Virus record (IMG/VR): IMGVR_UViG_2734482775_000003
Location: 1-34,271 of that record
Source of the DNA: a virus
Taxonomy: Duplodnaviria > Heunggongvirae > Uroviricota > Caudoviricetes
Reading direction: 5' to 3' (one strand)
DNA: 34,271 nt
This document shows, in pieces, positions 26,792-34,271 of this stretch. The notes under the pieces were generated by a model that was given only the letters and a program-made list of their open reading frames with translations, was not told where the DNA came from and made no database searches. The translations under genes and the position numbers were made by a program. Every line of letters begins with the position of its first letter. Position 1 is the stretch's first letter.

Positions 26792-27286
26792 TCAAAACAG
26801 CCCTTTAACGGAGCTGGCCGCGCTGTTAAGGGATGATGTGACCTTATCTTTGAAGCCGGACAGCATATCACTGAACGATGAGGATTGCAGGCGCTCCCGC
26901 AAATCCTCATCACAGCGTTCAAGAGTCAGTGAAAATTCTATCTTTTTCGCCTTACCGTAGCGATCAAACTCGGAGCGGGTCGTATTCGTTTCAGTCAGTA
27001 CATACATGCCGTAAATCTGTCCGACGCCATCAATCAGAGGCCAGGGGCGTCCTGTATACGCCTGCGTGGTCAGCAGCGACAGCGACACTTCGCCACCTGT
27101 GATTTCAGGATAAAGCACACCAGAAAGCACGATGCGATCATCGCCTGCCCCGATATACTGCCAGCTTGCTGAACGGTTAACGCGTTCATTTTTCACATGC
27201 CGCCAGCTTTTATTTTGCTGTAACTGCTGATGCGGCAATGTGCGCAGCTCAAAAACAAACATGCCGTAGATCATCATCATGGCCAT
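26792..27286 (-). CDS. U: Tail protein, P2 gpU family
   Basis: 164 aa starting MAMMMIYGMFVFELRTLPHQ, the characteristic gpU N-terminus. Confidence 0.8.
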   Translation of the reverse strand: MAMMMIYGMFVFELRTLPHQQLQQNKSWRHVKNERVNRSASWQYIGAGDDRIVLSGVLYPEITGGEVSLSLLTTQAYTGRPWPLIDGVGQIYGMYVLTETNTTRSEFDRYGKAKKIEFSLTLERCDEDLRERLQSSSFSDMLSGFKDKVTSSLNSAASSVKGLF

Positions 27287-27292
27287 GACTCC

Positions 27293-30109
27293 TCAATCTT
27301 TATCGTAAAAACTGCCACGTCCGGCACGGTCGCGTCGTTCCAATTCTGCCCTGACCATTTCACCGACCAGTTTCGCCAGTTCGCGGGGATTCTGCGTAAC
27401 AACGTTATGCAGATGAACATGAATTTCACCGCCAAATCCGGAGACAGCAGGCTCCCGATTACGGGAAGCTGCAGGAACTGATGCCACTGGCGATCGTATG
27501 GCCTCCGCCACCGGGCGGGAGCTGGCCGCAACAACAGGGACCAGCGCCGGAGGCAGAGGAGTCGGGACCACGGGTGTGATGTTGATTGCGGAAGCAGGCT
27601 TACTGACCTGCGCAATCTTCCGCTCCTGCCACTCCCCACGAACGGCAAGTGCGCGGGGCAGGTTCTTAAAGACAATATCGCCGGGGCCAATACGTTTTTT
27701 CGTCTCATCAACCAGCTTACCTGTGTTATCAGCAATTTTGCTGAGTCTGCGTAGCGTACCGGTATTGCTGTCTGTGAGCGGTTTGTTGTCTTTGGGTTTA
27801 TCACCTCCGGTGCCATTGCCATTTTCCACAGGCTTCGGCGGATTGATTTTCGCCAGGTCCCCCTGAAGCAAGGCAACCTTGTCCTGAAGAATGGCCGCAC
27901 GCTGTGCGTCTTCGATTTTCTTGCGCGCCCTTTCCGCTTCATCCGGAAGCACACCGAGCTTTTCAAGTATCCACGCCAGCGTATCCAGCAACATTTTTGC
28001 AGGTGTCAGAACAAGTTGTAACGCACCGCCAAGAACGTTACCGAATATCTCGCCAGCACTGGTACATTTATCCAGCGTTTCCTTGCTGGACTCCATCGGT
28101 GACAGCAGCGATTTAAACCAGTTAAACACCTGGCTGATCCCGCTTCCGATTACGTCAAAAACAGGGCCAAACCGTTCAAAGGTTTCGCGCAACGGGGTCA
28201 GCCTTTCCATAATCCCGCCGAACACCCCGGCAAAAAATGCCCTGATGGGATCCCAATATTTCCAGATAAGAATGGCAGCTCCGGCAAGCGCAGCCACGAT
28301 AAGACCAACCGGACTGAACAGCGCCCCGATAGCACCTCCCAGCAAAGAAACGGAACCCGTCACCATTCCCCATAGTGCTGGCAGGACCCTGACAGCATTC
28401 ATTGATCCGGTCAGGAGGGAAAAACCAAGACGCAGTTTTGCCAGCGGACCAGCAAGCACACCAATAGCCAGCGACAACGAGCCAACCGTTGCAGTCATTG
28501 CCAGCAACGCACCGCCTGCTATCAGTAGCTGGCGCGTCAGTGCGGGATGGGCCTGCGCCAGCGCCGTCACCTTTGATACCACACGCGTGAGCCACTGCGT
28601 GACAGAACGCAGCGGACCGTCAATCAGATCTGCAATGCGGATGCGCAACCCTTCCCATGCACTGCCGAGTGATTTCAGATCGCCGTCAAGGTTGTTGGCC
28701 ATAACCTTTGCTGTGCGTTCAGCCTCACCGCGCGCGCCTTCAAGTTCTTTTCTCAGTTTGGGTAAGGACCCGTCACCCGCTGCATCAACGAGCGCCATAA
28801 ACGATGTGAAAGCCTCTTCCCCGGCGATGTCCTTAAAGAAGGATACCCGGTCAACTTCCCCGTATTTGCGGGTGGCTTTATAAAGGTCGGCCAGCACATC
28901 CTCCATCGGGCGCATTTTGCCGTTCGCGTCAGAAACTGCCACACCAAGCTCTTTCAGCGCCTCTGCTGCTGCCTTTGGCGGTGATGCCAGACGAGCCAGG
29001 CTGGCACGCATTGCCGTCCCGGCATCACTCCCTCTGATACCCATATTCGCCAGCACGCCCGCCATCGCTGCGGCCTGCTCCAGCGATATTCCCAGCTTAC
29101 CCGCCACCGGACCTGCATATTTCATGGTTTCGCCCAGTGCGCGAAGGTCAGTGTTGGTACGGGTAAACGCTGCGGTGAGTGTGTCACCAACCCGGTCCAT
29201 CTGGTCAGCAGAAAGGCCGAACTGCGTCAGGATATTTGAGCCAATATCCGCCGTCTCGCCGAGATCCATGCCGCCAGCCGTTGCCATGCTCAGCACGCCC
29301 GGAAGCGCAGCCTGAATGGCCTGCGGTGTGAAGCCAGCCATTGCAAGAAATGCCTGTCCACTGGCGGCATCGCCTGCGGTGAACTGCGTTTCAGAGCCAA
29401 GTTTTAACGCCTGCTCACGCAGCGCCTTAAACTGTGGGCTGTTCTGATCGATTCGCGTCAGTGCCTGAACGCGGGACATCTCTTTCCCGAACCCGATCGC
29501 AGGCTGCAAAAAACGCCCGGCAGCATAGCCGCCAGCCGCTGCCGCACCAATTGCCAGCGCACCACCTGTTTTCAGTTTTCCAGCAGTTTCCTGCGCGCGC
29601 GAATACCGCTCACGCGCCCGCGTTACACGCGCAAGCGTCTGCCGTTCGCGTTCAAGCTGGTTGTTGTACTGTTCGGTGCGTCTGATGGCCTGCTGGATGG
29701 TGTTATCGCTGCCTGTCAGGGAAATGCCGTGGCGTTTCAGCTCTCCGCCAAGCTCCCGCATTTTCTGAATTTCCCGTGTGCGCGATTCATTCAGGCGTTC
29801 AAGCCGGGTGCTTAACTGCTGCATCAGCTTTTGTTGTTTTTCGCTGAGCACTGTACCCGTGCGTTGTAACTGATTAAGGGCGTTAAGCTGGCGTCGTGCT
29901 TTCACGATGCTCGCATCCGCTTTACTGACAGCGTCACGGGCGCGCTCAAATGAACGCGCCTGACGCTCGAGATTTTTGATCGCCCCCTGCGTTCGCTGGA
30001 TGGAGTCACCAAACTGCCCCATCAGGCGGCGGGCGTTTTCGGCAGGCCGGGTCAGTCTGTCAACGGCGCTGAAAGCGACCCGGATATCAAGAGTCTTCAT
30101 TGTCTGCAT
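27293..30109 (-). CDS. T: Tail tape measure protein, P2 gpT family
   Basis: About 940 aa, Ala/Gly-rich with multiple hydrophobic segments; start uncertain (ATG at 30109 or the track's GTG at 30136). Confidence 0.85.
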   Translation of the reverse strand: MQTMKTLDIRVAFSAVDRLTRPAENARRLMGQFGDSIQRTQGAIKNLERQARSFERARDAVSKADASIVKARRQLNALNQLQRTGTVLSEKQQKLMQQLSTRLERLNESRTREIQKMRELGGELKRHGISLTGSDNTIQQAIRRTEQYNNQLERERQTLARVTRARERYSRAQETAGKLKTGGALAIGAAAAGGYAAGRFLQPAIGFGKEMSRVQALTRIDQNSPQFKALREQALKLGSETQFTAGDAASGQAFLAMAGFTPQAIQAALPGVLSMATAGGMDLGETADIGSNILTQFGLSADQMDRVGDTLTAAFTRTNTDLRALGETMKYAGPVAGKLGISLEQAAAMAGVLANMGIRGSDAGTAMRASLARLASPPKAAAEALKELGVAVSDANGKMRPMEDVLADLYKATRKYGEVDRVSFFKDIAGEEAFTSFMALVDAAGDGSLPKLRKELEGARGEAERTAKVMANNLDGDLKSLGSAWEGLRIRIADLIDGPLRSVTQWLTRVVSKVTALAQAHPALTRQLLIAGGALLAMTATVGSLSLAIGVLAGPLAKLRLGFSLLTGSMNAVRVLPALWGMVTGSVSLLGGAIGALFSPVGLIVAALAGAAILIWKYWDPIRAFFAGVFGGIMERLTPLRETFERFGPVFDVIGSGISQVFNWFKSLLSPMESSKETLDKCTSAGEIFGNVLGGALQLVLTPAKMLLDTLAWILEKLGVLPDEAERARKKIEDAQRAAILQDKVALLQGDLAKINPPKPVENGNGTGGDKPKDNKPLTDSNTGTLRRLSKIADNTGKLVDETKKRIGPGDIVFKNLPRALAVRGEWQERKIAQVSKPASAINITPVVPTPLPPALVPVVAASSRPVAEAIRSPVASVPAASRNREPAVSGFGGEIHVHLHNVVTQNPRELAKLVGEMVRAELERRDRAGRGSFYDKD

Positions 30110-30308
30110 TCCCGCTGCGAAGTGCCGCCCGCTCACGCCAGCTAACCACTTCGCCGGGCGTCATCATGAAGATTTCGGCGGGCGACCAGTTAAAAATGGC
30201 GGCAATATCCGCCACCAGATCTTCGATGTGCTCAAAGCACACCAGGGTGATTACGCTGCCGTCTCCTGCACGCTCTTCGCGCCAGAGTCTGGCTCGCTCA
30301 TAAAATTT
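30087..30308 (-). CDS. E' extension reached by -1 programmed frameshift from gpE (E+E' fusion)
   Basis: ORF in the -1 frame overlapping the E 3' end; slippery heptamer A-AAT-TTT (minus strand, about 30302..30308) lies after the last -1-frame stop. Confidence 0.6.
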   Translation of the reverse strand, partial: KFYERARLWREERAGDGSVITLVCFEHIEDLVADIAAIFNWSPAEIFMMTPGEVVSWRERAALRSGNADNEDS

Positions 30309-30625
30309 ACAGCCACAGCGCACAACTGAATAAAATCGCGTGACGACATTTTTTTAATCATCACTTCATCCAGTCGTGGCGAGGTCACGCGAGGCAACAG
30401 CGTGAACATGGTATCCGCTTTCAGATTCAGCACATCAGACAGCGACAGACCACGCAGAGATCCAGCCTGCTCAATAGCCCCGGTAATTTCCACATACGTG
30501 ATTTTTTCGCCACCGCGCTCAATTGGTCGGGCCAGTTTTACGCCACGTTCGACAGCCATATCCTCACCTGCCGTCACATCATCCGCCACGGCGTTATTCC
30601 GGGTTTCAGTATTGATGTTTTGCAT
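30251..30625 (-). CDS. E: Tail assembly chaperone, P2 gpE family
   Basis: 124 aa; position between FII and T; motif GSLRGLSLSDVLNLKADTMFTLLPRV resembles P2 E. Confidence 0.75.
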   Translation of the reverse strand: MQNINTETRNNAVADDVTAGEDMAVERGVKLARPIERGGEKITYVEITGAIEQAGSLRGLSLSDVLNLKADTMFTLLPRVTSPRLDEVMIKKMSSRDFIQLCAVAVNFMSEPDSGAKSVQETAA

Positions 30626-30681
30626 CAGTTGTCTCCTTTTTCAGTCAGAGGCGACGCACTGCGCCGCCTGCATATTACTTA

Positions 30682-31194
30682 TCAGCCAAGCCCAAGCGCG
30701 GAACGGATGCGATCAGGCACGATGTCCTTGCCGTCCTTCCGGTAGATGTGGTTCAGCAGGTCGATTTCCCACAGCGGACGATCGTTAACGCTCAGCTTGT
30801 AGTAGGTGTTTTTGACAGCGTAAGTGTGTGATGTGGCTTCGCCCTGTTTGGCTTCCCCCATATCAATTTCCGTCACACGCCCGCGCATCTCGATTTCATA
30901 CAGATCACTTTCTGCATCGGTGTAGTATTCACCCGCAAAACGCAGCAACGTGCCGTCAATCGTGCCGCCATATTTAAGGAACAGCTCACGAACTGCGCCC
31001 CCCATGACAAAACTCGCATCAAGCGCAGAATCATCAAGACCGAGGTCGATACTCACCGCCCCCATCATGCCACCGCCACGATAGCTTTCAGTTTTGCGCG
31101 TCAGTTTAGGTGGAGTGACGGACGTCACCTTACCCACTTCGTTTTCACCATTCACAAACAGCGTAAAAAAGCGAAGATGTTTTGGTACAGCCAT
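30682..31194 (-). CDS. FII: Tail tube protein, P2 gpFII family
   Basis: 170 aa directly downstream of the sheath gene. Confidence 0.85.
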   Translation of the reverse strand: MAVPKHLRFFTLFVNGENEVGKVTSVTPPKLTRKTESYRGGGMMGAVSIDLGLDDSALDASFVMGGAVRELFLKYGGTIDGTLLRFAGEYYTDAESDLYEIEMRGRVTEIDMGEAKQGEATSHTYAVKNTYYKLSVNDRPLWEIDLLNHIYRKDGKDIVPDRIRSALGLG

Positions 31195-32378
31195 CAGACA
31201 CCTCCCAACACCGCAAATGCGGGATCAAAGTATTCATCAGTAAACGTCTGGTAAAGCTCCATATCTTCCAGCGGAGGAACAGGCGTATATTTGTAGCGAA
31301 TACGCACACGCCCCTGACGTAAATCCGTGGTGCTGTTATCCACCACGTCATACCAGCACGACGCGCCAATCAGTTTCCCGGCAGTAACCAGTGAATCCAG
31401 TTTTGCCCTGATGGCACTGATAACATCCTTCACGTTCGCAGGCGTCAGTGGACTGTCGATGGTTTCAAACTGCGCTTCCGCAATTGAATCAGCCAGTACC
31501 TGTGCGGTTCGGGTATACACCTCAAAGATGTAGGCGTTCGTTTCCGGTGTGCGGTTGCCCCAGAAGCGGAACCCGTTGCGACGAATAATGGTCGTGATTT
31601 CTTTGTTGTTAAGGCTGTTGGCATCGCTGTCTTCGGCCTGCAACGACCAGAACACATGCCGGGACATCCCCAGCACATTTTTAACCGGAACGTTGGACAG
31701 TGATTTGTGCCAGCCCTGCTCATGGTCAATGTACGCACGAAGGCCGCACGCATAAGCAGGCGCGGGGAACGTTTCGTTTTTGCCACTTTTCGGGTTGTAG
31801 GCGATGAAGTCCGGCCATAAGAGCATCACCTCACGTTCGTTGAATTTCTGGCGGTAGGTAATTGCCTCTGCCATCGTGTTACAGCCATGACATGAGGCAT
31901 ACACAAACGCGCGCAGCTTACCCGCAATCACGCACAGGGATTTTGTCACCGCCTCCGTGTCCAGCTCCGGCGCGGCCAGAATACGCGGACGGTATCCGAT
32001 GCTTTCATCCTGCTCTGCAACAAGCAGCGCATACATTCCCGTATAGCTGCCGTCATCCTCAGAACCACCGATAACCAGTTGATCCTGCGTCTTTCCGTCT
32101 TCTTCTTTGTGTTCAGCCACGCGAACGACGATCACCTTTGTGCTCACCTGGTCTGCGATGGCCTTAAGCGCACGATAAAGCGTCCCCGTTGTCCCGCATT
32201 TCCCCAGCACGTCATTGACGCGGGTCAGCAGTGTGGGCTTGTTCAGCGGGAACAGCTTCGCGTCCGCATCATCCGCCGTTGCCACGATACCGATAACGCT
32301 GGAATCAACATCGTTAATCGCTGTTACCAGGTCGGTATTTTCCGTAACACGGGCACCATGAAAACGAGTTTCACTCAT
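31194..32378 (-). CDS. FI: Tail sheath protein, P2 gpFI family
   Basis: 394 aa; first gene of the leftward tail operon. Confidence 0.9.
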   Translation of the reverse strand: MSETRFHGARVTENTDLVTAINDVDSSVIGIVATADDADAKLFPLNKPTLLTRVNDVLGKCGTTGTLYRALKAIADQVSTKVIVVRVAEHKEEDGKTQDQLVIGGSEDDGSYTGMYALLVAEQDESIGYRPRILAAPELDTEAVTKSLCVIAGKLRAFVYASCHGCNTMAEAITYRQKFNEREVMLLWPDFIAYNPKSGKNETFPAPAYACGLRAYIDHEQGWHKSLSNVPVKNVLGMSRHVFWSLQAEDSDANSLNNKEITTIIRRNGFRFWGNRTPETNAYIFEVYTRTAQVLADSIAEAQFETIDSPLTPANVKDVISAIRAKLDSLVTAGKLIGASCWYDVVDNSTTDLRQGRVRIRYKYTPVPPLEDMELYQTFTDEYFDPAFAVLGGV

Positions 32379-32535
32379 AGCTTCAGCCCCTTGTATCCGT
32401 TAAATGATTCGGCAACAATCATCACCCACCACGCGCGTAATCTCACCCCTGCGCCGTTCTCCCGCCACGGCGACAACAAAAAGCAGTAACCCCCTCCGCA
32501 CGCACATGCGACCATGCCGCACAGGGAGGGAACAG

Positions 32536-33636
32536 ATGACCGACACCACCATGCAATTGCTCAGTCAGGGCACAGACCCCGTGAAAATGCCGGATTTTGA
32601 TATTCTTGCGGAGGGTAAAGCGCTGTCAGGCGTGGCAGAGCGCCTGATGAGCCTGTCACTGACCGACAACCGGGGATTTGAGGCGGACCAGCTCACCATC
32701 ACGCTGGATGATGCGGATGGTCAGTTGCAGCTACCGCCACGGGGCGCGCGTCTGACGGTTCTCATTGGCTGGAAAGGGGAACCGCTGACAGAAAAAGGCA
32801 CTTACATTGTTGATGAAATCGCTCACGAAGGACCGCCGGACAGGCTGACTGTTTCAGCCAGAAGCGCAGATTTTCGGGATGAATTTAACGTTAAACGTGA
32901 GGTGTCCTGGCATGATGTGACCGTTGAGCGCGTGGTATCTGCCATCGCTCATCGGTACGGTCTGAAACCGCAAATCAGCGAAATGCTGATGGATATCGAA
33001 ATCGACCACGCCGACCAGACCGAAGAAAGCGACATGTCCTTCCTTACGCGCATGGCGGAAATGCTGGGCGCAATCACCACGGTAAAAAGCGGTAATCTGT
33101 TATTCATCATGCCAGGCGGTGGCGTGAACGCACTGGGCCAGCCGTTGCCATCGTTCGCCATCACACGCAGCAGCGGCGATCGCCATCAGTTCCGCATTGC
33201 TGACCGCGAAGCGTATACGGGGGTACGCGCTTACTGGCTTGATCTTAATTACGGGAAAAAGAAAAAAGTCAGCGTGAAACGCCGCAAACCGAAAAAAGAG
33301 AAAAGCAGCAGCCGTGAAGGTGATTATATGGAAGGCGCGGAAGGCAATGTGTTTGTATTACGCAAGACTTATCAGAACGAGCAGGCAGCAAGACGCGCAG
33401 CAGCGGCAAAGTGGCAGCAGCTACAACGCGGAGCCGCAGCGTTCTCCATCACACTGGCACGTGGACGCGCAGAACTCTACCCCGAAATGCATGGTGCGGT
33501 AACAGGATTTAAAAGCGAGATTGATAATCAGGACTGGATCATTGCAAAAGCCGAGCACACCATTGATAACAGCGGCTTTACCACGCAGCTTGAGCTTGAG
33601 GCAAAAATCCCGGAATGGATAGCAGAAACAGAGTGA
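32536..33636 (+). CDS. D: Tail protein / late control gene D family
   Basis: ATG at 32536 with AGGGAGGG RBS (the track's longer 32404 start was rejected); about 366 aa; precedes ogr as in P2. Confidence 0.85.
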   Translation: MTDTTMQLLSQGTDPVKMPDFDILAEGKALSGVAERLMSLSLTDNRGFEADQLTITLDDADGQLQLPPRGARLTVLIGWKGEPLTEKGTYIVDEIAHEGPPDRLTVSARSADFRDEFNVKREVSWHDVTVERVVSAIAHRYGLKPQISEMLMDIEIDHADQTEESDMSFLTRMAEMLGAITTVKSGNLLFIMPGGGVNALGQPLPSFAITRSSGDRHQFRIADREAYTGVRAYWLDLNYGKKKKVSVKRRKPKKEKSSSREGDYMEGAEGNVFVLRKTYQNEQAARRAAAAKWQQLQRGAAAFSITLARGRAELYPEMHGAVTGFKSEIDNQDWIIAKAEHTIDNSGFTTQLELEAKIPEWIAETE

Positions 33637-33678
33637 GCAACTTAGAATAGCGGCAGCACCACGTTAAGGGAGGTCGCT

Positions 33679-33939
33679 ATGTTCCGTTGTCCGCTTTGTG
33701 GCGCATCTGCCCGTATCCGCACCAGTCGTCCGGAAAATGATTCAAACACCGTGCGGCAAAAGTATTACCAGTGTAACAATCTGGAATGCGGCGTATGCTT
33801 CTCAACACTGGAAGCTTTCCATAAATTCACATCAAAACACGCCTCCGGCGTTCACTCTTCAGAAGGTATCCCGTGGCATGAGCTGCCAGCTTCACACAGG
33901 GGAAACAATCAGATGAGTTTGCCTTTATCTCAGAATTAA
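33679..33939 (+). CDS. ogr: Late transcription activator, Ogr/Delta zinc-finger family
   Basis: N-terminus MFRCPLCGASARIRTSR...YYQCNNLECGVCFSTLE; four-Cys zinc-finger pattern as in P2 Ogr (MFHCPLC...QCQNVNCSATF). Confidence 0.85.
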   Translation: MFRCPLCGASARIRTSRPENDSNTVRQKYYQCNNLECGVCFSTLEAFHKFTSKHASGVHSSEGIPWHELPASHRGNNQMSLPLSQN

Positions 33940-34130
33940 CAGGCAGAATTGCCGGAGTAACAAAAAAGCGATAGATTACGCGCGGGTGCCTTTCGGCTGA
34001 TGGTCGGAGGGAATACCCGAAGGCCAGATGTGGAAAGGCCCCGGAAAACATTTCTGTTTAACCGAGGCCCTAACATATCTACCTTAAGCAAGTGATAGGT
34101 TAGCGCCTCTCCAACAAAGGAGCAAGCGCT

Positions 34131-34271
34131 ATGTCGCAAAAATCGCTTACAGCCATCACATTCTGCGTGACGGTAATCCTCATCATCTGGATGCTGCACG
34201 GTTCGCTGTGCGAAATACGGATGAGCTTCTGGGGAGCGGAGTTTGCGGCGTTCTTACAGTGTAAGCAGTAA
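34131..34271 (+). CDS. Hok/Gef-family membrane toxin (type I toxin-antitoxin); stop codon is the last three bases of the window
   Basis: 46-aa ORF MSQKSLTAITFCVTVILIIWMLHGSLCEIRMSFWGAEFAAFLQCKQ: hydrophobic helix then SLCEIR...AAF signature of Hok proteins; not in the ORF track (below size cut-off). Confidence 0.7.
   Translation: MSQKSLTAITFCVTVILIIWMLHGSLCEIRMSFWGAEFAAFLQCKQ

Noticed and set aside
27277-28883. Large ORFs antisense or out of frame to the tape measure gene (229 aa minus, 330 aa plus)
   Set aside because: Lie entirely within gpT; Ser/Pro/Arg/Ala-rich low-complexity products; a tape measure gene with biased composition commonly generates such shadow ORFs.
32404-32535. Long N-terminal extension of gene D suggested by the ORF track
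   Set aside because: The extension overlaps the FI start region and is Arg/Pro/Ser-rich; an ATG at 32536 with a strong AGGGAGGG RBS gives a product of the expected gpD size.
1-34271. CRISPR arrays, tRNA/tmRNA genes, IS elements or transposases
   Set aside because: No spaced direct-repeat array, no cloverleaf-like tRNA sequence and no transposase-like ORF was recognised; the only recombinases are the integrase and the invertase.

Overview
The window is essentially one complete P2-like (Peduovirus-type) temperate phage genome in prophage order, running from the integrase stop codon at base 1 to the late activator ogr at 33.9 kb, with a hok/gef-family toxin gene at the right edge. Layout: int and C repressor (minus); a rightward early operon with a Cox-like gene, several small unknown genes and a translationally coupled membrane-protein plus SPFH/band-7 lipoprotein pair; the gpA rolling-circle replication protein; an accessory hotspot between gpA and the portal gene carrying ParM/ParR plasmid-partition homologues, three unknown ORFs and a repeat-rich ~550 bp non-coding stretch; portal Q and terminase P (minus) with capsid/packaging genes O-N-M-L-X (plus); a lysis cassette with an M15-peptidase endolysin; tail/baseplate genes R-S-V-W-J-I-H-G; a Hin/Gin-type invertible tail-fibre switch; the U-T-E/E'-FII-FI block on the minus strand (inverted relative to canonical P2); then D and ogr. 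The most unusual content is the R1-plasmid-like pair of maintenance functions (ParMR and Hok) inside an integrase-bearing P2-like phage, and the uncharacterised cargo at the gpA-Q hotspot and in the early operon. All calls rest on reading the supplied translations and sequence by eye; no database search was run. Hand-derived site coordinates may be off by 1-2 bp, because two hand translations (gpA 3' end, alternative fibre cassette) disagreed with the ORF track by one base.
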